A stretch of DNA of 64,000 nt, from positions 3,924 through 67,923 of the forward strand of contig JACPOZ010000030.1 in NCBI GenBank assembly GCA_016191235.1. Direction: 5' to 3'. Shown in pieces: positions 9,498-19,317 of this stretch. A program made the position numbers and the translations under genes. Below the pieces are notes generated by a model. It was given only the letters and a program-made list of their open reading frames with translations, was not told where the DNA came from and did no database searches. The stretch's first letter is position 1. Each line of letters begins with the position of its first letter. Source of the DNA: Gammaproteobacteria bacterium. Its GTDB lineage: Bacteria; Pseudomonadota; Gammaproteobacteria; Ga0077554; Ga007554.

Positions 9498-11804
9498 ATG
9501 CCCAAAAATCTCCTTATCGTTGAATCGCCCGCCAAGGCCAAAACCTTGAAAAAATACCTGGGCAAGGACTTCGATATCCTCGCCTCCTACGGCCACGTGC
9601 GCGACCTGCTGCCCAAGGAGGGCGCCGTCGACACGGAACACAGCTTCGATATGAAGTACCAGACCATCGAAAGGAATGAAAAACACGTCGACGCCATCGT
9701 CAGCGCCATGAAAAAGGCCGACGTGCTCTATCTGGCGACCGATCCGGACCGTGAAGGCGAAGCCATCTCCTGGCATCTCCTGGAAATCCTCAAGGAAAAG
9801 AAACTCATCAAGGACAAACCCGTGCATCGCGTGGTGTTCTACGAGATCACCAAACGCGCGGTGAACGAGGCCGTGGCGAATCCGCGCGACATATCCATGG
9901 AGCTGGTCAACGCCCAGCAGGCGCGCCGCGCACTGGATTACCTGGTGGGCTTCAACCTCTCCCCGCTGCTGTGGAAGAAAATCCGCCGTGGCCTCTCTGC
10001 CGGGCGTGTGCAAAGCCCGGCATTGCGCATGATTGTCGAACGCGAGGAAGAGATTGAAAAATTCGTCACGCGCGAATACTGGACGATCCTGGCCAATCTC
10101 GCCAAAAAGGGTGATAACTTCAGCGCCAAACTTATCCAGTATCAAGGCGAAAAAATCAGCCAGTTCAGCGTTACCGATGGCGAACAGGCCAGCAAAATCG
10201 AGGAAGAGTTGCTGCGCGCCGCAGCGGGTACACTGGTGGTCGCCAAGGTAGACAAGAAGCAGCGCAAACGCAACCCTTCGCCCCCGTTCACCACCTCGAC
10301 GCTGCAACAGGAAGCATCGCGCAAACTGGGCTTTACCGCCCAGCGCACCATGCGCCTCGCCCAGCAACTTTACGAGGGTATCGACATCGGCGGTGGCGCG
10401 GTGGGCTTGATCAGCTACATGCGTACCGACTCGGTGAGCCTGGCGGCCGAGGCGCTGGATGATATCCGTAGCCTCATTGCCACCCGCTTCGGCAGCGACA
10501 ACGTGCCTGAGCAACCGCATTTTTACAAAACAAAATCCAAAAACGCCCAGGAAGCCCACGAGGCGATACGCCCCACTGCCGCAGAGCGCGTGCCGGAGTC
10601 GATCAAGGACAGCCTGACCGCCGACCAGTACAAGCTGTATGACCTGATCTGGAAACGCACCATCGCCTGCCAGATGATCCACGCCACCCTCGATACCGTA
10701 AGCGTCGACATGAGCGCAGGCGAAGGCAATCTGTTCCGCGCCAACGGCTCCACCGTGGTCCACCCCGGTTTCATGGCGGTGTACCAGGAGAGTGTAGACG
10801 ACAGCAAAGAAGGCGAGGATGAACGCCGCCTCCCCGTGCTGCTAGCCGGTGAAAAGATCGACCTGCTTGGCGTCCAGCCCGAACAACATTTCACCGAGCC
10901 ACCCCCGCGTTACGGCGAAGCCAGCCTGATCAAGGCGCTCGAAGAACACGGCATCGGTCGCCCCTCCACCTATGCGAGCATCATCTCCACGCTCCAGCAG
11001 CGCGAGTATGTGGAGCTGGACAAGCGGCGCTTCAAGCCCACCGACGTGGGGCGCATTGTCAACAAGTTCCTCACCGAATATTTCACGCGTTATGTGGATT
11101 ACGACTTCACCGCCCATCTCGAAGACGAACTCGACGCAGTGTCGCGCGGTGAAAAAGACTGGGTGCCGCTCCTGCGCGACTTCTGGACACCCTTCAAGGC
11201 CCAGGTCGACACTACTGAAGAGAACGTCAAGCGCCAGGATGTCACCCAGGAGGCGTTGGACGAAGCTTGCCCCAAATGCGGCAAACCGCTCTCGATCCGC
11301 CTCGGCAAACGTGGACGGTTCATCGGCTGCACCACGTACCCGGAGTGCGATTACACCCGCAATCTCAATGAAGAAGCGGGCGCTGTGACAGAACCCGAAG
11401 TCGTGGAAGGCCGCACCTGCCCCAAGTGTGAATCTCCGCTTATCTTCCGTCAAGGCCGCTACGGCAAGTTCATCGGCTGCAGCAATTACCCTGCCTGCAA
11501 ACACATCGAACCCCTGGAGAAACCCGCCGACACCGGCGTGGAATGCCCGCAATGTCACAAGGGCACCCTGCTCAAGCGCAAGTCGCGCTACGGCAAGATC
11601 TTCTACTCCTGCTCCACCTACCCGGATTGCAACTACGCCGTGTGGAACGAACCCCTCAACGAGTCCTGCCCAAAATGCAACTGGCCGGTGATGACCATCA
11701 AAACTACCAAGCGCCGCGGCACGGAAAAGGTCTGCCCGCAGAAAGAATGTGGCTATGCCGAGCCGTATGAGGCGGGGGAAACGGCGGAATCTGCGGAATC
11801 TTGA
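9498..11804 (+). CDS. topA: DNA topoisomerase I
   Basis: IVESPAKAK, ATDPDREGE, AGRVQSPAL, SYMRTDS, C-terminal C4 zinc ribbons. Confidence 0.97.
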   Translation: MPKNLLIVESPAKAKTLKKYLGKDFDILASYGHVRDLLPKEGAVDTEHSFDMKYQTIERNEKHVDAIVSAMKKADVLYLATDPDREGEAISWHLLEILKEKKLIKDKPVHRVVFYEITKRAVNEAVANPRDISMELVNAQQARRALDYLVGFNLSPLLWKKIRRGLSAGRVQSPALRMIVEREEEIEKFVTREYWTILANLAKKGDNFSAKLIQYQGEKISQFSVTDGEQASKIEEELLRAAAGTLVVAKVDKKQRKRNPSPPFTTSTLQQEASRKLGFTAQRTMRLAQQLYEGIDIGGGAVGLISYMRTDSVSLAAEALDDIRSLIATRFGSDNVPEQPHFYKTKSKNAQEAHEAIRPTAAERVPESIKDSLTADQYKLYDLIWKRTIACQMIHATLDTVSVDMSAGEGNLFRANGSTVVHPGFMAVYQESVDDSKEGEDERRLPVLLAGEKIDLLGVQPEQHFTEPPPRYGEASLIKALEEHGIGRPSTYASIISTLQQREYVELDKRRFKPTDVGRIVNKFLTEYFTRYVDYDFTAHLEDELDAVSRGEKDWVPLLRDFWTPFKAQVDTTEENVKRQDVTQEALDEACPKCGKPLSIRLGKRGRFIGCTTYPECDYTRNLNEEAGAVTEPEVVEGRTCPKCESPLIFRQGRYGKFIGCSNYPACKHIEPLEKPADTGVECPQCHKGTLLKRKSRYGKIFYSCSTYPDCNYAVWNEPLNESCPKCNWPVMTIKTTKRRGTEKVCPQKECGYAEPYEAGETAESAES

Positions 11805-11940
11805 GCGTGTGACGATGCGTTAATCCTAAAAACTCAGTCATCCACGAAAGTCACAAAAAAACACGAAAATATTCAAATACATATCGCGATATTACTTGCC
11901 ACCCATCCGGTGAATTGCTAAAGCAATCCATGTTTTTGTC

Positions 11941-12191
11941 TACTCGCTGGTAGTCGATCCGGCCTGTCAAGGCCGCGGCATCGCCCGCGGCCTGCTCGAA
12001 GCCGCCGAACAGGCCGCCGCCGCAAAGGGCTGCATCACCATGCGCCTGGAGGTGCGCGCCGACAACGAGGCGGCCATACGGCTGTACTGCAAGGCCGGCT
12101 ACCGGACGGGCGAGTCGACAATTATTACGACGATGGAATGGCCGCGCAGCGGCTGCGCAAATCCATTGCCTTTGCCGACAATCCCCCGTAA
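11941..12191 (+). pseudogene. RimI-like GNAT acetyltransferase remnant
   Basis: YSLVVDPACQGRGIARGLL...MRLEVRADNEAAIRLY, then a frameshift to GRVDNYYDDGMAAQRLRKS. No start; in-frame TGA upstream at 11911. Confidence 0.75.
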
Positions 12192-12212
12192 CCCTCACGG
12201 CCACTTTCGAGA

Positions 12213-12929
12213 TCAATAAGCCCAGTCCTCGTGTCTAACCGGCAGCCTATTCAGCTCATCCTTGTAGAACCGCCATTTCGGCATGAACTGATCCATCAAG
12301 GTTATGAAGCGCGCGTTATGCGTGCGCTCCAGCAAGTGAACCATCTCATGCACGACAATGTATTCGAGGCATTCGAGAGGCTTCTTTGTCAGTTCAGTAT
12401 TGAGGCGGATGCTTTTGGAGATTTTGCTACAGCTGCCCCACTTGGTTTTCATCCTTTGCACGAAGAATCTCTCCACCTTCACGCCCATGAGCGGTTCCCA
12501 TTTCGCGACCAACGGTAAGACTGCTTCTTTGAGCTTCTCTCGATACCAAGCATCCAGGACCTCTTGTTTCCGTTCATCACTGGTTTTCGGGCGAAGCTGA
12601 AGGATCATCCTGTTATGCTTTAGCTCGACTACTGGAGCCGCGTCCTTCTCGAGCACTTTGAGCAGGTAGCGCTTTCCCCAAACGTAATGGCTTTCGCGGT
12701 CGAGGTATTCGCGAGGTGTTTCCCGCTGCTGTTCACGCAACTTCTTTTGCTGGCTTTTGATCCAGCTGAGTTTGGTGATGGCAAAAATGCGAATAGTATC
12801 CAGGTCCATCCGCAATGGTGCGGAAATTCGCACCTTACCAGCCGGTGGATAGACGCTCAGGTGGATGTTCTTGATGTCCTTCTTCACCACGTCCACGGTA
12901 ATCTCACCCAGATTGATCTGCGTGACCAT
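12213..12929 (-). CDS. YgjP/DUF45 (M48-like) metallopeptidase associated with type I R-M
   Basis: MKTKWGSC, LEYIVVHEMVH (HExxH); overlaps the hsdR stop. Confidence 0.88.
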   Translation of the reverse strand: MVTQINLGEITVDVVKKDIKNIHLSVYPPAGKVRISAPLRMDLDTIRIFAITKLSWIKSQQKKLREQQRETPREYLDRESHYVWGKRYLLKVLEKDAAPVVELKHNRMILQLRPKTSDERKQEVLDAWYREKLKEAVLPLVAKWEPLMGVKVERFFVQRMKTKWGSCSKISKSIRLNTELTKKPLECLEYIVVHEMVHLLERTHNARFITLMDQFMPKWRFYKDELNRLPVRHEDWAY

Positions 12930-15900
12930 CAGTATTCCTTCTGCTGCTTGATGATAAGGAATATGCGCTCGACCTCGGCCATATCCTTCAGCACCTCATA
13001 TAGGGCGGTCTTGATGACATTCTCCTTGGCTTGAACGCCGCGCCAGCCGTCGGGCCGAGTGCGTTTGACGGCTTCCTCGATCCTGACAACCAGATTAAGC
13101 ACATCGTCTTTCGCGGTATCTCCATACGAAGCGGAAGGCTCAGCCACACAACTCACGCTGCCGGAAGCGGCCCCCTGCTTGAGATTGTTATAGAGGGCGC
13201 GGCGTCCCGGCGTATTCATCTGCTCTGGCGTATCTTCGGCCTGACCAGCATCCACTTTCTTCGCCAGCTCGGCAATCCGTTTCAGGTAGTCCTCATACTC
13301 GATAGCCTTCGCCTTGCGCGCGGCGATGATCTCATCCAGCAGCGCCGACATTTTCTCGTAGTAGGCCGGGTCGTTGAGGTGTTCCTTGATGATCTTGCTG
13401 CGGACGTTGTTCTCGATGGTTTCGGCAACGGCATCCTTGTTGCCCTTGAACCCATTCGGCAGGCTGTTGATCGCATTCGCGATGCCGGTTTTCACGATCA
13501 GCTCAAGCAACGGCATGTCGTCGAAGGGGGAAATCTTGCGCGGTTCGTCGGCTTCGATGTAGGTGTCGATGAGATGGCGCATGTCGGCCTCGTAGGCCTT
13601 GAGGTCGAGCGTCTCGCCACTGGCTTTGCGGATGATTTCGCGCACGTTCAGGTAGTGGTCGAGTTGCCGCTTGATGCGTGTGATGTCGGCAGGGCTATAG
13701 CCGGCCTTGTCCAGTTCGTCGGCGATGTTGGCGTAGGCGCGCACCAGCGCAACGGCCGCCTTGTAGAGCGCCGAACGCTGCGGTTCCCGCTCCTTCAGGT
13801 CGGAGGCAATCTCGGTGTTGCCGCAGAAGTAATGGATATGCTCGAGCTCACCCTTCGGCGGCGCCACCGGCTCGCACAGCAGTGCCAAGGTCTCCAGTGC
13901 GTTGTCGAGGCGTTCCTTGCCCTTCGTCAGACGATCCTGCAGCAACACTTCCGGATCAGGCCCACCGGCGCTGTGATCCAGTTCGGAGGTGTAGACCGCA
14001 ATGGCGTTCTCGACCTTCTTGAACAGGTCCTTGTAGTCCACGATGTAGCCGAAGTCCTTGTCCTCGCCGTCGAGACGGTTGACGCGGCAGATCGCCTGAA
14101 ACAGGCCGTGGTCCTGCATCGATTTGTCGATGTAAAGATAAGTGCAGGGCGGTGCGTCGAAGCCGGTGAGCAGCTTGTCCACCACGACCAGCAACTTCAT
14201 GTTCGCCGGTTCCTTGGTAAACAGGTCTTTGGCCCGCTCCTCGTAGATTTCCGTTTTGTTCATGCCCGGCCTGGCGTCGACATCCTTCAGCAGTTCGTTA
14301 TAGGTGTTGTAGATAAACTGCTTACCGGTCTCGGTGTTAGCGCCGGTTTCCTCCAGCGTCACGTCTCGGGCCAGCGGGTTGTAAGAGGTCACCACCGCAC
14401 ATCTGCCCTTGAATGGCGTCTTCTGGAACAGGGTGAAATACTTGCACGCCTCATAGATGCTCGATGCCACCAGGATAGCGTTGCCGCGCTCGCTGGACAG
14501 GCGCGGTTTGACACTGAAGTCGAACACAATGTCTGCCACCACCCGGTCCATGCGCGACTTGGAACTGAGCACGTGCTGCAACGTGCCCCACTGATTCTTT
14601 AGCTCGGCCTTCTGCCAATCGTTAAGCGCTTTGGTTTTGGCTTCGAACCAAGCGTCGATCTTGGCCTGCGATCCCAGGTGCTGATCGATGTCACGCGCCT
14701 CGTAAACGAGGTCGAGCACCACCCCGTCCTCCACTCCCTCACTGAACTTATAGGTATGAATGTAACCACCGAACACCTCCAGGCTGGTCTGTTTATCTTT
14801 CTTCAACAGCGGCGTGCCGGTAAAGCCGATGAATACCGCGTTGGGCATCATCGCCTTCATCACCCGATGCAGCTTGCCGCCTTGTGTACGGTGGCATTCG
14901 TCCACGAACACAAACACCTCACCCATGGTCTGGCTCGGCTGCGCTTCCAGCTCCCTGATAAAGGCATCGAAATCATCCACATCGCGGCGGCCAAACTTGT
15001 GCACCAGGGAGCAGAGCAGGCGCGGCCTGGCCTGACCGAGCTGGCTCATCAGCTCGCGCCCACTGCCGGTGCGTTTGATCGCCTCGCCCGCCTCGGTGAA
15101 GACGCGCTCGATCTGTTTGTCCAGTTCATCGCGGTCGGTGATGATGGCAACGCGGGCGTTGGGGTTGTTCTCCAGAATCCACTTCGCCAGCAGCACCATC
15201 ACAATGCTCTTACCGCTGCCCTGGGTGTGCCAGATGATGCCGCCCTTGCGCTGACGCACATGCTCCTGCGCTGCCTTGATGCCGAAATACTGATGCACAC
15301 GCGGCAGCTTCTTCACGCCACTATCGAAGAGCACGAAATCGTGCATCAGCTCGATCAACCGCTTCTTCTCGCACAGCTTGAGCAGATACTTGTCCAGCTT
15401 GAAGCGGCTGTTGTCCTGCTCATCCTCCTTCCACTTGAGGAAATACTTCTCCTGCGTACCGATGGTGCCATATTGCAGCCCCTCGGAATCATTACCAGCG
15501 AAGATGAACTGCACGGTGCTGAAGAACCACTCGTTGAACTCAGGCAGTTGATTGGACAAACTCTGGCGGATGCCATCACCAATGGAGGCACGGCTGTTCT
15601 TCAGCTCCAGCACGCCGATGGCGATGCCGTTCACATACAGCACGAGATCCGGCCGCCGCTCAAAATTGCCCTTGAGCGTCACCTCCTCGGCGATGGCGAA
15701 ATCATTTTTCTCCGGCTCATTCCAGTTGATGAGGCGGACACTCTCCGTCACCTTACCCACCTCAACTTTCACCGGCACGCCGTAGCGCAGCAGGTTGTAA
15801 ACAGAGTGATTGTTGCCGTAGAGCGTGCGGTTGTGGTTGTCCGCCTCGGTGCGCAGCTTGTGCAGCGCCACGCTGATCTGCGCCGGGGTGTAGCCGCTTT

Positions 15901-16051
15901 TTGTCAGCCACGCACTGAGCAGACTTTCCTCGACGTTGCTGTTGCCATCGCGGTCGGTCCAGTCGCCGAGGTAGCGATAACTTAGCTCATCGCGGAAAAG
16001 TGCGATGACTCGGTTCTGCGTCTCGCGTTCGGGTTGGCCGACATAATTCAT
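12929..16051 (-). CDS. hsdR: Type I restriction endonuclease subunit R
   Basis: RPD...ELK nuclease motif, HTQGSGKS, DECHR, FTGTP, LLTGFDAP, QAICRVNR. Confidence 0.95.
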   Translation of the reverse strand: MNYVGQPERETQNRVIALFRDELSYRYLGDWTDRDGNSNVEESLLSAWLTKSGYTPAQISVALHKLRTEADNHNRTLYGNNHSVYNLLRYGVPVKVEVGKVTESVRLINWNEPEKNDFAIAEEVTLKGNFERRPDLVLYVNGIAIGVLELKNSRASIGDGIRQSLSNQLPEFNEWFFSTVQFIFAGNDSEGLQYGTIGTQEKYFLKWKEDEQDNSRFKLDKYLLKLCEKKRLIELMHDFVLFDSGVKKLPRVHQYFGIKAAQEHVRQRKGGIIWHTQGSGKSIVMVLLAKWILENNPNARVAIITDRDELDKQIERVFTEAGEAIKRTGSGRELMSQLGQARPRLLCSLVHKFGRRDVDDFDAFIRELEAQPSQTMGEVFVFVDECHRTQGGKLHRVMKAMMPNAVFIGFTGTPLLKKDKQTSLEVFGGYIHTYKFSEGVEDGVVLDLVYEARDIDQHLGSQAKIDAWFEAKTKALNDWQKAELKNQWGTLQHVLSSKSRMDRVVADIVFDFSVKPRLSSERGNAILVASSIYEACKYFTLFQKTPFKGRCAVVTSYNPLARDVTLEETGANTETGKQFIYNTYNELLKDVDARPGMNKTEIYEERAKDLFTKEPANMKLLVVVDKLLTGFDAPPCTYLYIDKSMQDHGLFQAICRVNRLDGEDKDFGYIVDYKDLFKKVENAIAVYTSELDHSAGGPDPEVLLQDRLTKGKERLDNALETLALLCEPVAPPKGELEHIHYFCGNTEIASDLKEREPQRSALYKAAVALVRAYANIADELDKAGYSPADITRIKRQLDHYLNVREIIRKASGETLDLKAYEADMRHLIDTYIEADEPRKISPFDDMPLLELIVKTGIANAINSLPNGFKGNKDAVAETIENNVRSKIIKEHLNDPAYYEKMSALLDEIIAARKAKAIEYEDYLKRIAELAKKVDAGQAEDTPEQMNTPGRRALYNNLKQGAASGSVSCVAEPSASYGDTAKDDVLNLVVRIEEAVKRTRPDGWRGVQAKENVIKTALYEVLKDMAEVERIFLIIKQQKEY

Positions 16052-16099
16052 GCTGTGGTTTTCTTTTTCATCTGGGCCAGGCCTTCACTCATTCCTCGG

Positions 16100-17260
16100 T
16101 CAGTTGTCCGCCCTATTCAGCGCTGAGGGGATAAATCCCTCATCTGACAGGGCGCGAACCACGCCACGTATCAGGTAGTTATTGCTGAAACCGATGGTGT
16201 ACTGGCGCGCCCCTTCATTGATGGGTTGCAACATTTTTCGTTCCACCAATTTTTTGATTTGATAAGTACGCTGGGCGGGCGACATCCCCGGCATGGCAGC
16301 GGCCAGATCGGCCGCCTTGGCCACGCCACTTTTGGCAGCGATGTGCAACACGGACTCTTCCATCGCCGTGATGAGCTCTCGTTCTTTGGCATATGAAAGT
16401 GCAGGGGCAAGAATTTTGTCGCCCAAGTAGCCAAAGTCAGTGAGCCGATCTACTTTGCGCAATGCGTCCAGGATGCCTCGCAATACATATATGCACCATG
16501 CCTCCATCCCATCTGCGGCGCCGGAGTCGGCGCGCGCCAACATGGCGTAATACTGATCGCGGTTATTGCAGAACACGGCTGTTGGATTCAACACCCTGCC
16601 GCCGGTCTTCACATTGAAGCCGTACTTGATCAACAGGGCGTAGGTCAGCAGCCGCACCACGCGGCCATTGCCGTTGCCAAACGGGTGTATCCAGCCAAAA
16701 CGGTGGTGCGCCAGCGCCACCTTGATGAGGTCATATTTTGGGGGATGCTTTTCGTTGATGAACGCCACCAGCTCCTGCATGTAGTGCGGCACCTGGATGA
16801 ATTCGGGCGGCAAGTGTTCCGCCTGCGCAATCTTTACGGACTTCTGCCGGTAAGCCCCCGGCGTGGCGTCCCCCTCGCGTTCCAGCCCTTTTACCGTGAT
16901 GGCGTGCAGCTCGCGGATGAAGTGCTCAGTTAGCCCGTCGCCGGGCTGAATGCGCTCCTCGATGTAGGCCATGGCGGCTTCGATATTTTCCATTTCACGA
17001 AGCTGGTCAGAGGACGCGGGGGCGCCCTCCAGCTTGCTTTCCACATAGTCGGCCAATGTGGTGTGATTCCCCTCGATACGGGCCGATCCCAGGCTTTCCA
17101 GCATGTGAAAGATACCCTTGAGCTGAAAAAAGACCGGCGCCGGGGTGGTGCCGTGCAATTGCAGGCGGCGCAGGTGTTCCAGCTCCGTCAAAACGTCCAC
17201 CAGCGGGGAGTCAAACGACGGATTGAGCAAGGTCAGATCATGATGGCTAAATACAGGCAT
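16100..17260 (-). CDS. Fic family protein with probable C-terminal wHTH
   Basis: HPFGNGNGR Fic motif; SARIEGN inhibitory-helix-like motif. Confidence 0.9.
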   Translation of the reverse strand: MPVFSHHDLTLLNPSFDSPLVDVLTELEHLRRLQLHGTTPAPVFFQLKGIFHMLESLGSARIEGNHTTLADYVESKLEGAPASSDQLREMENIEAAMAYIEERIQPGDGLTEHFIRELHAITVKGLEREGDATPGAYRQKSVKIAQAEHLPPEFIQVPHYMQELVAFINEKHPPKYDLIKVALAHHRFGWIHPFGNGNGRVVRLLTYALLIKYGFNVKTGGRVLNPTAVFCNNRDQYYAMLARADSGAADGMEAWCIYVLRGILDALRKVDRLTDFGYLGDKILAPALSYAKERELITAMEESVLHIAAKSGVAKAADLAAAMPGMSPAQRTYQIKKLVERKMLQPINEGARQYTIGFSNNYLIRGVVRALSDEGFIPSALNRADN

Positions 17261-17447
17261 GGCGATATTTATCTGTAATGGCGGAGACGGATTATCTTTA
17301 ATTTACACAGAGTTTATTCTTGAAATCAACAAATTGCACCATAAAAATTGAAATGCTATCTTGAAATCACTCGGAGGGCATATTGACTGGCCCTCGTTGA
17401 TGAAGTCGAAATGCATGGCTGTCTGCTAGACAGGAAGACCGCCATGC

Positions 17448-18701
17448 TCACACCAGCCGTATCCTCCCGGTGAGCAGCTCCTGCATCATGCCCTGCTTGA
17501 GGCTGCGGGCCTTGGCGAGCTTGGCTTCCAGTGCGGCGAGTTCGGCGTCCATGTCGGAAAGGAGGGTGGCGATGGCGGTTTGTTCGGCTTTCGCAGGTAG
17601 CGTCACTTCAAAAGCAGCGAGCTGTGTCTTACCGATTTCAAGGAACGTGCTGCCACCGCACAGACTGATAAATCCCTGTTTTTTCATAAGTAGCAGGTAG
17701 TAGAGAAACTCCACATCCACATGATCGAACGGAATGAAGTTCTTGAAGCCCTGATTCGTGGAAACTGAGACGGTATTGATCGCGCACTCACCAATGGTGG
17801 CTCGTGAGGTCATCACAATCGAGTTGGCCGGGATCATCTCGGCTGAACTGCTTTTCAGACCCAGTGACGAAATCTTGCGGCTAGTGTCGCTGATGTATTT
17901 GAAGCCGTTCAGCCCGGTAATATCGGTGGGCGTACACCAGGGAATGTCCCCATCCCAAAACTGCGGTTGTATCGTGCTTGGCGTTCCGCCGCTGCGAATG
18001 TTTGCCAACTCCCCCAACCGCTTCACCTCCCACTCCCCGCTGAAGCCCGGCAGGCGCTTCTTGCCGGTGAGCAGTTGCTGCATGGCGCCTTGTTTGAGGT
18101 GGCGTTTTTTGGCGATGAGTTGTGCCAGGGATTCGATGAGAGCATCCGCATCGCTCAACGCCTCGGCGATGGCTTCTTGTTCGGCTTTGGTGGGTGGGAG
18201 GACGAGGAATAGTCGTTTTAAGTTGTCTTGATTTATGTTCGTGTTGGCACTTACAGAACTTGCGCCAATCACCCGTCTCCTAAAGCCTTCCTCATAAAAG
18301 CAGTGTCTCTTAAAGCCGCGACTCAGAGTTCCACCATCTCGAAATCTGATCAAGAACCCTGAATACACGGTCTTTGGAAGATCTTCTTCGATGACCGCCG
18401 TTAGACCAACCCCGGAGGGTTTGACGGAGGACCTGATGAAAATCACATCACCTTTTCGGAGATCATATGTTTGTTGCTCTGCATGGTTTGTGTCCACAAG
18501 GCCGAGAGAATCGCTAGATGCAATGCTGGAAACGCCAAAAACATCCATGAGATTCACAAATGGTGAGCCATGGCCAAACGCTTCACTCCCCTTGTTGATA
18601 CCGTTCTTAAATTTGCCCACCTCACAAAGTTGGAAGATATTCCAATCCTCCGGAATCACCCCCACCTCGGTCTGCTTGTAGCCGGTCGGCATGTTATTCA
18701 T
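17448..18701 (-). CDS. hsdS: Type I R-M specificity subunit S
   Basis: GVIPEDW start, two EQ.AIA..LSD.D conserved helices, two variable TRDs, GMMQELLTG end. Confidence 0.93.
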   Translation of the reverse strand: MNNMPTGYKQTEVGVIPEDWNIFQLCEVGKFKNGINKGSEAFGHGSPFVNLMDVFGVSSIASSDSLGLVDTNHAEQQTYDLRKGDVIFIRSSVKPSGVGLTAVIEEDLPKTVYSGFLIRFRDGGTLSRGFKRHCFYEEGFRRRVIGASSVSANTNINQDNLKRLFLVLPPTKAEQEAIAEALSDADALIESLAQLIAKKRHLKQGAMQQLLTGKKRLPGFSGEWEVKRLGELANIRSGGTPSTIQPQFWDGDIPWCTPTDITGLNGFKYISDTSRKISSLGLKSSSAEMIPANSIVMTSRATIGECAINTVSVSTNQGFKNFIPFDHVDVEFLYYLLLMKKQGFISLCGGSTFLEIGKTQLAAFEVTLPAKAEQTAIATLLSDMDAELAALEAKLAKARSLKQGMMQELLTGRIRLV

Positions 18702-19317
18702 CGTAGCCTCCCCGGTACGTCATGTTCCGTAGGGGCGACCGGCCGGTCGCCCCTACCCCGGTCGCCGGTACGTTATCCGGGTGCAATGTGTCCTCCGCCC
18801 AACGGCGTGGATTGTCGGCAACGTATTCGGCGATGCGGCGGTAATCGGCGGCGTCGCGGATGATGTGTTCGTAATAATTGCGTTGCCATACCGGCGCACC
18901 GGGGGATTGGCGGATTGCATTGATGCGTTTGGTGACAGCGGATTTGTAACCGGCCATCAATGCGCCGAGGGATTTCGATTGGGGGCCGGTGGGGGCGACT
19001 GGTGGGGCGACCCGCCGGTCGCCCGTACGGCCGGGCACGTCATTAGTAATGAGGACGATGGCGTGAAAATGATTAGGCATGATCACGTATTCGCCGAGTT
19101 CGATTTCTGCCCGGATTTCTGCTGACCGAAGCCATTCATCCGTCACAATCTGCCCGAATTCATTGGACTGCATCTCACCGTTCACGATTCCGCCGAACAG
19201 GCATTCGCGATCACAGGCGCAGATTGTCACGAAATAGCCGCCAGCCTGGGAGTAGTCATAATCTTTCAGACGGATCGAGCGGCGGTGGTGAATATCCCGG
19301 TTATAACGATTCATCAT
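18694..19317 (-). CDS. REP-associated tyrosine transposase (RAYT, Y1/HUH)
   Basis: HRRSIRLKDYDYS...YFVTIC, VIMPNHFH (HUH), WQRNYYEHIIR, YVADNP; GTAG REPs lie inside the gene. Confidence 0.9.
   Translation of the reverse strand: MMNRYNRDIHHRRSIRLKDYDYSQAGGYFVTICACDRECLFGGIVNGEMQSNEFGQIVTDEWLRSAEIRAEIELGEYVIMPNHFHAIVLITNDVPGRTGDRRVAPPVAPTGPQSKSLGALMAGYKSAVTKRINAIRQSPGAPVWQRNYYEHIIRDAADYRRIAEYVADNPRRWAEDTLHPDNVPATGVGATGRSPLRNMTYRGGYDE
18729..18756. repeat. GTAG-type REP palindrome
   Basis: Perfect 28-bp palindrome GTAGGGGCGACCGGCCGGTCGCCCCTAC; related copy at ~19002-19028. Confidence 0.9.

Noticed and set aside
13031..15985. Long plus-strand ORFs (523 and 435 aa) opposite hsdR
   Set aside because: Antisense shadows typical of GC-rich coding DNA; no recognisable motifs.
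17448..18701. hsdS shufflon or phase-variable TRD inversion
   Set aside because: Only one hsdS, with no silent TRD copies and no recombinase seen.
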